Assembly (NCBI RefSeq): GCF_964355755.1
Contig: NC_092672.1
Coordinates: 16,492,001 to 16,556,000 of the forward strand
From: Antedon mediterranea
Lineage: Eukaryota; Animalia; Echinodermata
Length of the DNA: 64,000 bases
Direction: 5' to 3'
Positions 37,957-47,566 of the stretch are shown one piece after another (position 1 is the first letter of the stretch; each line of letters opens with the position of its first letter). The notes under the pieces are model-generated. The model saw only the letters and a program-made list of their open reading frames with translations, made no database searches and had not been told where the DNA came from. Made by a program: the position numbers and the translations under genes.

Positions 37957-38404
37957 TGTCACGAACTCCTCTCACGTATGTTTCCGAGCGGTTGAAAATA
38001 CTTTAGGAACTCCCTTGTGACATAAAAGTATACACACAAAATCCACAAAGTTGTAAAATAACTCAAAAACAAAGCTTTAATTTCAATCAACTTCAACTTT
38101 CAACAATCCAGTAAGCACTTTAAACAACAGTTTCACAATAACTTTACAATATAATATCCAACCTCTAATCCAACAACCTTACAATAGTTTACATCCCTTT
38201 ATATACAAGATGCTCCTATCCTTCTAGATCATTCTTTATACTTCTCATTATTACATGATTACAGTTTCTATTAATAGCACTTCTGGAATGTTCTTGATTG
38301 TTCTTATTAATTATACATGGTTTATTAAATCAAAACATCTTATTCTAGAATGTTCATGTAAATACTATGTTACTCTATATGTTAGGGAATGGTAATTTAT
38401 TACA
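37957..38404 (-). repeat. 3' LTR (448 bp)
   Basis: TGTCACGAAC...TTATTACA, a direct repeat of 43526-43973. Confidence 0.97.
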
Positions 38405-38418
38405 CTCCCCCCTCTTTC
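38405..38418 (-). other. Polypurine tract
   Basis: Minus-strand GAAAGAGGGGGGAG abuts the 3' LTR. Confidence 0.9.
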
Positions 38419-38627
38419 TGAGCTCAAAACTCTTTCTTGGAGTTTTGAGGGGAAAGTATACACGGACGTGGCAAAATATAACATTTCCGACCTAGAAACC
38501 CTGTTTAATATATGAATATAAATTCAAACTACATTACGTGAAAACCAAATTCTCATTACAAACAAAATGTAAGAAACAAGTAACTTATAAACATTAAAAC
38601 CTATTTTGTCTATTTGTAAAGTAACCC

Positions 38628-41600
38628 TTAAGTTAATGGTTTTCGTGACAATCCGTCAGCATTACCATTAGAAATACCCCTTCTATGTACAACAGTAAAG
38701 CAATAAGGTTGTAAATCAAGACTCCATCTAGTTAGTCTTTTGTTTGTCTCTTTCATTTCAACCAACCATTTGAGTGGTTGATGGTCAGTAACTATCTTAA
38801 ATTTTCTGCCTAGTAGATAATATCGCAGACTTTCGACAGCCCATTTTATAGCTAAACACTCTTTCTCTATAGTTGCATAATTCTGTTCTCTTGGGAACAT
38901 CTTACGACTAAGATACAATACTGGATGGTCAGTACCATCAGGACCTAGTTGACTAAGTACTGCACCTAACCCTCGATCTGACGCATCTGTTTGCAGTATA
39001 AACTCTGCATTAAAATCTGGGTTTCGTAACACAGGGTCTGAACATAACGCCTGTTTTAACTTTACAAGTGCATCTTCGCACTCAGGCGTCCATTTGATTT
39101 TATCTGGATGTTTTTTCCCCGTCAGATCAGTTAGAGGTGCTGCGATGTCAGCATAATTAGGAATAAACTTTCGGTAGTATCCTGTCAGGCCAAGAAAAGA
39201 TTTAACATCCTTCTTAGTTTTAGGTTTTTCCCATTGTACTACCGCTTCTACCTTAGTCTTTTGAGGACGTATCATTCCCTCTCCAACTACATACCCTAAA
39301 TAATGCACTTTACTATGTGCGAAACTACATTTTGCAGGTTTGACTGTCAGATTAGCTTGCTTGAGGGTCTGAAAAATGTCCCTAAGATGATGGATATGAC
39401 TTTCCCAGTCTGGACTAAATATTACCAGATCATCCATATAAGCTGCTGCATAAGATTCTTTCTTGCGCAACAGTTGATCCATCATTCTTTGAAACGTTGC
39501 AGGAGCCCCATGCAAGCCAAATGGTAAATACTTAAATTGGTACAAACCCATTGGTGTTGAAAAAGCTGTATATGGTTTTGACCGTTCAGTTAATGGAACC
39601 TGCCAGTAACCTTTACATAAATCTAACTTTGTTATAAATTTAGCAGGACCAACCCTGCCTATTATTTCATCTATTCGAGGCATTGGATATGCATCAAACT
39701 TGCTCAAGCTATTCACTTTTTTGTAATTTACGCAAAAGCGAGCTGTACCGTCCGGCTTTGGTACCATGATATAAGGAGAGGACCAGGGACTGTGAGACTC
39801 TTCTATTACCCCAAGTTCCAACATAGATTCTATCTCTTCTTTTACTTTGCCTAACTTAGCCTGAGGAATTGGATAAGCTCTTAATCTAACTGGGTGTACC
39901 CCTAGGTTCATTTCAATATCATGCTTTATTACAGTAGTTTTCCCTGGCTTGTCCTGTAACACTGAGTCAAATTCAGAAAACACCTCCGCTAAATCTGAAA
40001 GCTGAGATTCATCTAATCCTTCACCAGAATCTAAGGTTAAATTGGAACTAGAAATATTTGACCAAGAAATGTCCTTATCCTGACCCTCGTCTTGTCCAGT
40101 TACATCATTTATAGCCAGCATAACCTCAATAGTTCTACGATGAAATTGTTTTAAAAGATTTATGTGGTAGACTTTTGACTTTTTCCGTTTATCATTAGTT
40201 TCCACCTCATAGTTTACTGGACCTAGTTTCCTTAAAACCTTGTAAGGACCTTGCCATTTTGCCTCTAATGCATCGTTACTAGATGGTAAGAGTAATAGGA
40301 CTTCATCACCTGGACTAAATTCTCTACAAACAGATTTCTGATCATATTTTTGTTTTTGCCTTGTTTGGGATAGTTCAATGTTTTCCTGGACTAGATCTTT
40401 CATTGAAGTTAACCTATCTCTCATTTTAACAACGTGTGAAACCACACTTTGAGGACCTGTCACCGTGCCTGTCCACATTTCTTTCATTATATCAAGTGGA
40501 CCTCGTACCTTCCAACCATACAATAATTCAAATGGAGAGAACCCAGTTGACTCCTGCGGTACCTCCCTATAAGCAAATAATAGGTACGGAAGCAATTTAT
40601 CCCATTCTCGGGGATCATCCTGAACAAATTTTCTAATCATAGCCTTGAGGGTGCCATTAAATCTTTCCACTAATCCATCGGTTTGTGGATGGTAGGGAGA
40701 AGTAGTCAAGCCCTTAATTGAAAGTAACTTATAAATTTGACTCAACAACTTAGAGGTAAAGTTAGAGCCTTGATCGGTTAAAATTTCTGTTGGTACCCCT
40801 ACCCTGGAAAATAATTTAATCAACTCATCCGCTATCTTTGGAGCTTCAATACTTCTCAGTGGGATAGCCTCCGGATATCGAGTTGCATAATCACATATAA
40901 CCAAGACATATTTATTTCCTGTCTTACTCCGTGCTAGTGGACCAACAATGTCCATAGCGATTCGGCGGAATGGTTCACTGATTATTGGCAAAGGAATCAT
41001 CGGGGCCTTCAATTTAGTTTTATACTTTGAAGTTTTCTGACAATTTTCACAAGTGTTACAATATTCGGTCACATCCTTTCTAATACCAGGCCAAAAGAAT
41101 CTCTGCTTTATCCTATCTAATGTCTTTTTCCTACCTAAATGACCTGCCAAAGGAATATCATGTGAGACTTTCAATACACTATTACGGCAAGGGTATGGAA
41201 CTACTAAATGCTCTATTGGTTCTGTCTGGTGTTTAGTGAAAACCTGCCTAAATAAAATTCCATCCTTACAGACTATCTTTATAGTGTCATCATCCTTCTG
41301 TACTAACATCTGTTCTCGAAGTGAAATTAAAGTTCTATCCTTAACCTGATAATCCTTAATTTTATCTCTGCCAATATCTAAAATGTCTAATTCACTATCT
41401 TGGCTAGATTGAGCTTCCTTTGTTTTTGCAAACTCTTTCCTAACTTTTCGTTTCTCACTTCTGGTTTTATGAACTTTTTCCTTGGGAGGGTTGTTACTGA
41501 GTAGTTGGCCATCTAAATGTCCAAATTCTTCTTGAAAATTAACCACATCATCTAACTGATGTGAAATAACCCCAGAAGCTTTTTCCGACTTTAATTCGTT

Positions 41601-43187
41601 TTCCTCTCTTAGTTTTTCTTTTCTAGCATGATCTCTAGTGGCAACAAAACTATGCCTATCATGATTCTTATCCCTCTTTCCTAATAAGTCTCCAAATTTA
41701 GGAAAGTCCCTACCAAGAATTACATCTCTTGGTAAATCGCTGCAAACGCCAACCAACAAATTATGGTCTTCGTTATTAATCTTAATATTGACGAATGCAG
41801 TAGGATAGGCTTGGACATGGTCATGGACGCACCTGCATGTAATTTTAGCTTGCTCCGCGCGATTAATTTTCTTAGCCGCTACTAAATCAGAATGAACAAG
41901 TGTCATATCACATCCAGAGTCTATCAAAATTTCACAATCACATCCTTCAACTAGGCCTCTACAAATGTAAGGTGTACATGGTTTTGAAACAGTATCTGTC
42001 TTTGTCGACAAAAAGCCATCCTTACTTCGACAAAATCGTTCTATGTGGCCTACTTTTTTGCACCGTCTACAAACGAGAGGTTGTCTAGCGTCAGATTGTG
42101 ATTTATGAAAGTTATCAGGGGGATTATTATTACCCTTACTGTCAACTTCAGGAGTGCCTTTCACTGTTTTCTCCTGGTTGTTTCTATTTTCGTGTTTTCT
42201 ATTTTGAAACTTTTTCTCAAAATCGATACCTTTTCTAGCTTGAAAATAATTATCTGCTAATTCCGCAGCATTTAATCCCGAATCTGGTTTATGTTCTTTA
42301 ACCCAAATTTGTACCCCTGTGGGCATAATATCTATCAATTGCTCTAAAATAACAATTTCAGCTAAATCATCTTTGCTTTTATCAGCAGGCCTAGCCCACT
42401 TAGTAAATAAATCTTTTAACCTAACATACATTTCTCTATAACTTTCTTCACTTTTCTTTTTAATTGACCTAAACCTTTGCCTATATGTCTCTTCAGTTAT
42501 GTCATACCTTTGTAATATTGCTTTCTTCACTATGTCGTACTGGTTACTTTCTGTCACTGGTAGTGATGCATAGGCTGCTCTTGCTTTGCCTGTCAAATGA
42601 GGTATTAGTTTTACTACCCAGTGTTCTTTTCGCCACTCATAGGTGTTAGCAATACGTTCAAACGTAGTGAGATAATTTTCAATATCATCACTATCAGAAA
42701 GCTTTGCAATCTGAACTTCCTTCAATCTCATTATGTCTTTTAATCGTTTCTCCTCACTGTCCTTTTGCTTGTCCATTAACGCCATTACTAATGCTTGCTG
42801 TTTCTCCATATCTTCCCTACGTAAACGTTCTTGTCTTTCCATATCTTCTTTGCGTAAACGTTCTTGTTTCTCTATATCTTCCTTGCGTAAACGTTCTTGT
42901 TTCTCTATATCTTCCCGACGTCTTTCATTATCTTCTTGACGTGAACGTTCTTGTTGTTTCATCATCTGCTGCATCATAATATTCTGCTGTTGCATTTGCT
43001 GCTGCATCAACAACAAAAAGTCTTTTGAAAATGAGTCAGCCCCTGTAGGGTTATGTCCACTGGTTGGTCCAGACTCTTCTGCCTGTTGTTCAGGTTGAAT
43101 TGATTGAACTGATTCTACATCCGAATCAGTTTCATCGCCGCCGCTGTATTCTCTACCGGATCTTGTTGTTGATTGTTTATCAGCCAT
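38628..43187 (-). CDS. Gag-Pol polyprotein: SCAN-like capsid, CCHC knuckle, aspartic protease, integrase, RT, RNase H
   Basis: ETYRQRFR...LEQL...WVKEHKP; CRRCKKVGHIERFC; LIDSG; HDIPLAGHLG..CENC, MDIVGP/TDQGS/VERFNG, WQGPY; LDLCKGYWQ, YMDD; LQTDASDRGLGAVL. Confidence 0.96.
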   Translation of the reverse strand: MADKQSTTRSGREYSGGDETDSDVESVQSIQPEQQAEESGPTSGHNPTGADSFSKDFLLLMQQQMQQQNIMMQQMMKQQERSRQEDNERRREDIEKQERLRKEDIEKQERLRKEDMERQERLRREDMEKQQALVMALMDKQKDSEEKRLKDIMRLKEVQIAKLSDSDDIENYLTTFERIANTYEWRKEHWVVKLIPHLTGKARAAYASLPVTESNQYDIVKKAILQRYDITEETYRQRFRSIKKKSEESYREMYVRLKDLFTKWARPADKSKDDLAEIVILEQLIDIMPTGVQIWVKEHKPDSGLNAAELADNYFQARKGIDFEKKFQNRKHENRNNQEKTVKGTPEVDSKGNNNPPDNFHKSQSDARQPLVCRRCKKVGHIERFCRSKDGFLSTKTDTVSKPCTPYICRGLVEGCDCEILIDSGCDMTLVHSDLVAAKKINRAEQAKITCRCVHDHVQAYPTAFVNIKINNEDHNLLVGVCSDLPRDVILGRDFPKFGDLLGKRDKNHDRHSFVATRDHARKEKLREENELKSEKASGVISHQLDDVVNFQEEFGHLDGQLLSNNPPKEKVHKTRSEKRKVRKEFAKTKEAQSSQDSELDILDIGRDKIKDYQVKDRTLISLREQMLVQKDDDTIKIVCKDGILFRQVFTKHQTEPIEHLVVPYPCRNSVLKVSHDIPLAGHLGRKKTLDRIKQRFFWPGIRKDVTEYCNTCENCQKTSKYKTKLKAPMIPLPIISEPFRRIAMDIVGPLARSKTGNKYVLVICDYATRYPEAIPLRSIEAPKIADELIKLFSRVGVPTEILTDQGSNFTSKLLSQIYKLLSIKGLTTSPYHPQTDGLVERFNGTLKAMIRKFVQDDPREWDKLLPYLLFAYREVPQESTGFSPFELLYGWKVRGPLDIMKEMWTGTVTGPQSVVSHVVKMRDRLTSMKDLVQENIELSQTRQKQKYDQKSVCREFSPGDEVLLLLPSSNDALEAKWQGPYKVLRKLGPVNYEVETNDKRKKSKVYHINLLKQFHRRTIEVMLAINDVTGQDEGQDKDISWSNISSSNLTLDSGEGLDESQLSDLAEVFSEFDSVLQDKPGKTTVIKHDIEMNLGVHPVRLRAYPIPQAKLGKVKEEIESMLELGVIEESHSPWSSPYIMVPKPDGTARFCVNYKKVNSLSKFDAYPMPRIDEIIGRVGPAKFITKLDLCKGYWQVPLTERSKPYTAFSTPMGLYQFKYLPFGLHGAPATFQRMMDQLLRKKESYAAAYMDDLVIFSPDWESHIHHLRDIFQTLKQANLTVKPAKCSFAHSKVHYLGYVVGEGMIRPQKTKVEAVVQWEKPKTKKDVKSFLGLTGYYRKFIPNYADIAAPLTDLTGKKHPDKIKWTPECEDALVKLKQALCSDPVLRNPDFNAEFILQTDASDRGLGAVLSQLGPDGTDHPVLYLSRKMFPREQNYATIEKECLAIKWAVESLRYYLLGRKFKIVTDHQPLKWLVEMKETNKRLTRWSLDLQPYCFTVVHRRGISNGNADGLSRKPLT

Positions 43188-43507
43188 TTTTTTAAATCTG
43201 GATGAGGGTCTTGTTACTAGTTAATCGTAGTTACCGAGACGTTCACAAGTCTACTGTTCCAAATAAATAATGTACTGTTCTTAAAACAATGTTTGTGTAC
43301 TTACGATTAAACAAAACGTAGCACCACGGCTTCCGTAAAATATCTCAGTATCGTAAGTACCACTTCCTCAAAATATCAATAAAAGTACAGTTGATCCTAA
43401 ACAGCCACCAATCTATGGCAAAATACAGTAGATCAAACTGCTACCACAAAATATCACAACAGTACTGTAGATAAATACACAGTTAAGTCGAACAGTAGAT
43501 CGAAATA

Positions 43508-43520
43508 ACCGCTGCCACCA
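43508..43520 (-). other. Primer-binding site, probably tRNA-Leu
   Basis: TGGTGGCAGCGGT, 5 nt inside the 5' LTR. Complementary to the 3' end ...ACCGCUGCCA-CCA recalled for animal tRNA-Leu(AAG/UAG). Confidence 0.82.
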
Positions 43521-43525
43521 AATTA

Positions 43526-43973
43526 TGTCACGAACTCCTCTCACGTATGTTTCCGAGCGGTTGAAAATACTTTAGGAACTCCCTTGTGACATAAAAGTAT
43601 ACACACAAAATCCACAAAGTTGTAAAATAACTTAAAAACAAAGCTTTAATTTCAATCAACTTCAACTTTCAACAATCCAGTAAGCACTTTAAACAACAGT
43701 TTCACAATAACTTTACAATATAATATCCAACCTCTAATCCAACAACCTTACAATAGTTTACATCCCTTTATATACAAGATGCTCCTATCCTTCTAGATCA
43801 TTCTTTATACTTCTCATTATTACATGATTACAGTTTCTATTAATAGCACTTCTGGAATGTTCTTGATTGTTCTTATTAATTATACATGGTTTATTAAATC
43901 AAAACATCTTATTCTAGAATGTTCATGTAAATACTATGTTACTCTATATGTTAGGGAATGGTAATTTATTACA
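43526..43973 (-). repeat. 5' LTR (448 bp)
   Basis: Matches 37957-38404; one C/T difference seen (38064 vs 43633). Confidence 0.97.
43767..43924 (-). promoter_or_regulatory. Putative LTR promoter: TATA box with upstream heat-shock elements
   Basis: TATATAAA (minus strand, 43774-43767). TTCnnGAAnnTTC at 43850-43862 and 43912-43924; imperfect copy at 43791-43803. Confidence 0.65.
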
Positions 43974-44344
43974 GAGAGAGATAGATAGATCAGCGAGAGA
44001 GAGAGAGAGATAGATCAGCCAGAGAGAGATAGATAGATCAGCGAGAGAGAGAGAGATAGATCAACGAGAGAGAGATAGATCAGCGAGAGAGAGATAGATC
44101 AGCGAGAGAGATAGATCAGCGAGAGAGATAGATCAGCGAGAGAGAGATAGATCAGCGAGAGAGAGATAGATCAGCGAGAGAGAGATAGATCACGAGAGAG
44201 AGAGATAGATCAGCGAGAGAGAGATAGATCAGTGAGAGAGAAATAGATCAGCGAGAAAGAGATAGATCAGCGAGAGAGAGATAGATCAGCGAGAGAGAGA
44301 GAGATAGATCAGTGAGAGAGATAGTTCAGCGAGAGAGAGATAGA

Positions 44345-44383
<39 letters not shown>

Positions 44384-47300
44384 TAGATCAGCGAGAGAGA
44401 GAGATAGATCAGCGAGAGAGAGATAGATAGATAGATCAGCGAGAGAGAGATAGGTAGATCAGCGAGAGAGAGAGATAGATAGATCAGCGAGAGAGAGACA
44501 GATAGATCAGTGAGAGAGAGAGAGATAGATAGATCAGCGAGAGAGATAGATAGATAGATCAGCGAGAGAGAGATAGATAGATCAGCGAGAGAGAGAGAGA
44601 GAGATAGATCAGCGAGAGAGAGAGAGATAGATCAGCGAGAGAGAGATAAATAGATCAGCGAGAGAGAGAGAGATAGAGAGAGAGAGAGATAGATCATCGA
44701 GAGAGAGATAGATAGATCAGCGAGAGAGAGAGATAGATCAGCCAGAGAGAGATAGATCAGCCAGAGAGAGATAGATAGATCAGCGAGAGAGAGATAGATC
44801 AGCGAGAGAGAGATAGATCAGCGAGACAGAGATAGATCAGCGAGAGAGAGATAGATCAGCGAGAGAGAGAGATAGATCAGCGAGAGAGAGATAGATCAGC
44901 GAGAGAGAGAGATAGATCAGCAAGAGAGAGATAGATCAGCGAGAGAGAGATAGATCAGCGAGAGAGAGATAGATCAGCGAGAGAGAGATTGATCAGCGAG
45001 AGAGAGATAGATCAACGAGAGAGAGATTGATCAGCGAGAGAGAGATAGATCAGCAAGAGAGAGATAGATCAGCGCGAGAGAGATAGATCAGCGAAAGAGA
45101 GATAGATCAGCGAGAGAGAGATAGATCAGCGAGAGAGAGATAGATCACCGAGAGGAGAGATAGATCAGCGAGAGAGAGATAGATCAGCGAGAGAGATAGA
45201 GATAGATAGATCAGCGACAGAGAGATAGATAGATCAGGGAGAGATAGATAGATCAGCGAGAGAGAGATAGATAGATCAGCGAGAGAGATAGATAGATCAG
45301 CGAGAGAGAGAGAGAGAGAGATAGATAGATAGAGCAGCGAGAGAGAGATAGATAGATCAGTGTGGGAGAGAGATAGATATATCAGCGAGAGAGAGATAAA
45401 TAGATCAGAGAGAGAGAGATAGACAGATCAGCGAGAGAGAGATAGATAGATCAGCGAGAGAGAGATAGATAGATCAGCGAGAGGGAGAGAGATAGATCAG
45501 CGAGAGAGAGAGAGAGAGAGATAGATCAGCGAGAGAGAGATAGATAGATCAGCGAGAGAGAGATAGATAGATCAGCGAGAGAGAAAGAGAGAGAGAGAGA
45601 GATAGATCAGCCAGAGAGAGAGAGAGAGAGATAGATAGATCAGCGAGAGAGAGAGAGATAGATCAGCGAGAGAGAGATAGATAGATAGATCAGCGAGAGA
45701 GAGATAGGTAGATCAGCGAGAGAGAGAGATAGATAGATCAGCGAGAGAGAGAGAGATAGATAGATCAGTGAGAGAGTGATAGATAGATCAGTAAGAAAGA
45801 GATAGATAGATTAGCGAGAGAGAGATAGATAGATCAGCGAGAGAGAGAGATAGATCAGCAAGAGAGAGATAGATAGATCAGCGAGAGAGAGAAAGAGATA
45901 GATCAGCGAGAGAGAGAGAGAGAGATAGATCAGCGAGAGAGAGAGAGATAGATCAGCGAGAGAGAGAGAGATAGATCAGCGAGAGAGAGAGATAGATCAG
46001 CGAGAGAGAGATAACGAGATCAGCGAGAGAGAGAGGGAGATAGATTAGCGAGAGAGAGATAGATAGATCAGCGAGAGAGAGATAGATCAGCGAGAGGGAG
46101 AGAGATAGATCAGCGAGAGAGAAGATAGATCAGCGAGGGAAAGATAGATCAGCGAGAGAGAGATAGATAGATCAGCGAGAGAGAGATAGATCAGCGAGAG
46201 AGAGATAGAAAGATCAGTGAGAGAGAGATAGATCAGCGAGAGAGAGAGATAGATAGATCAGCGAGAGAGACAGCGATAGATCAGCGACAGAGAGACAGAT
46301 CAGCGAGAGAGATAGATCAGCGAGAGAGAGATAGATCAGCGAGAGAGAGATAGATCAGCGAGAGAGAGATAGATCAGCGAGAGAGATAGATCAGCGAGAG
46401 AGAGATAGATCAGCGAGAGAGAGATAGATCAGCGAGAGAGAGAGAGATAGATCAGCGAGAGAGAGATAGATCAGCGAGAGAGAGAGATAGATCAGCGAGA
46501 GAGAGATAGATGAGAGAGAGAGAGATAGATCAGTGAGAGAGAGATAGATCAGCGAGAGAGAGATAGATCAGCGAGAGAGAGATAGATAGATCAGCGAGAG
46601 AGAGATAGATAGATCAACGAAAGAGATAGATAGATCAGCGAGAGGGAAAGAGAGAGAGGTAGATCAGCGAGAGAGAGATAGATCAGCGAGAGAGAGATAG
46701 ATCAGCGAGAGAGAGATAGATCAGCGAGAGAGAGATAGATAGATTAGCGAAAGAGAAATAGATCAGCGAGAGAGATTTATATCAGCGAGAGAGAGATAGA
46801 TCAGCGAGAGAGAGATAGATCAGCGAGAGAGAGAGAGATAGATCAGCGAGAGAGAGATAGATAGATCAGCGAGAGAGAGATAGATCAGCGAGAGAGATAG
46901 AGATAGATTAGCGAGAGAGAGAGAGATAGATCAGCGAGAGAGAGATAGATAGATCAGCGAGAGAGAGAGAGATAGATTTGCGAGAGAGAGATAGATAGAT
47001 CAGAGAGAGAGAGAGATAGATCAGCGAGAGAGAGAGAGATAGATCAGCGAGAGAGAGAGAGATAGATCAGCGAGAGAGAGATAGATAGATCAGCGAGAGA
47101 GAGATAGATCACCGAGAGGAGAGATAGATCAGCGAGAGAGAGATAGATCAGCGAGAGAGATAGAGATAGATAGATCAGCGACAGAGAGATAGATAGATCA
47201 GGGAGAGATAGATAGATCAGCGAGAGAGAGATAGATAGATCAGCGAAAGAGATAGATAGATCAGCGAGAGAGAGAGAGAGAGATAGATAGATAGAGCAGC

Positions 47301-47529
47301 GAGAGAGAGATAGATAGATCAGTGTGGGAGAGAGATAGATAGATCAGCGAGAGAGAGATAAATAGATCAGAGAGAGAGAGATAGACAGATCAGCGAGAGA
47401 GAGATAGATAGATCAGCGAGAGAGAGATAGATAGATCAGCGAGAGGGAGAGAGATAGATCAGCGAGAGAGAGAGAGAGATAGATCAGCGAGAGAGAGATA
47501 GATAGATCAGCGAGAGAGAGATAGATAGA

Positions 47530-47566
<37 letters not shown>

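Larger units (their letters stand above)
37957..43973 (-). mobile_element. Full-length Ty3/Gypsy LTR retrotransposon, Gmr1-like
   Basis: Two 448-bp LTRs with TG...CA ends, PBS, PPT, single intact 1519-aa polyprotein in the order gag-PR-INT-RT-RH, GAGAG on both flanks. Confidence 0.96.

Noticed and set aside
39303-42979. Short plus-strand ORFs within the LTR element
   Set aside because: Antisense to the polyprotein; the repetitive ones only mirror the 33-nt gag repeat.
37957-43973. Ty1/copia classification from domain order; env or chromodomain
   Set aside because: RT, RH and INT motifs are Gypsy-type. Only ~220 bp lies between the stop codon and the LTR, and no chromodomain was recognised.
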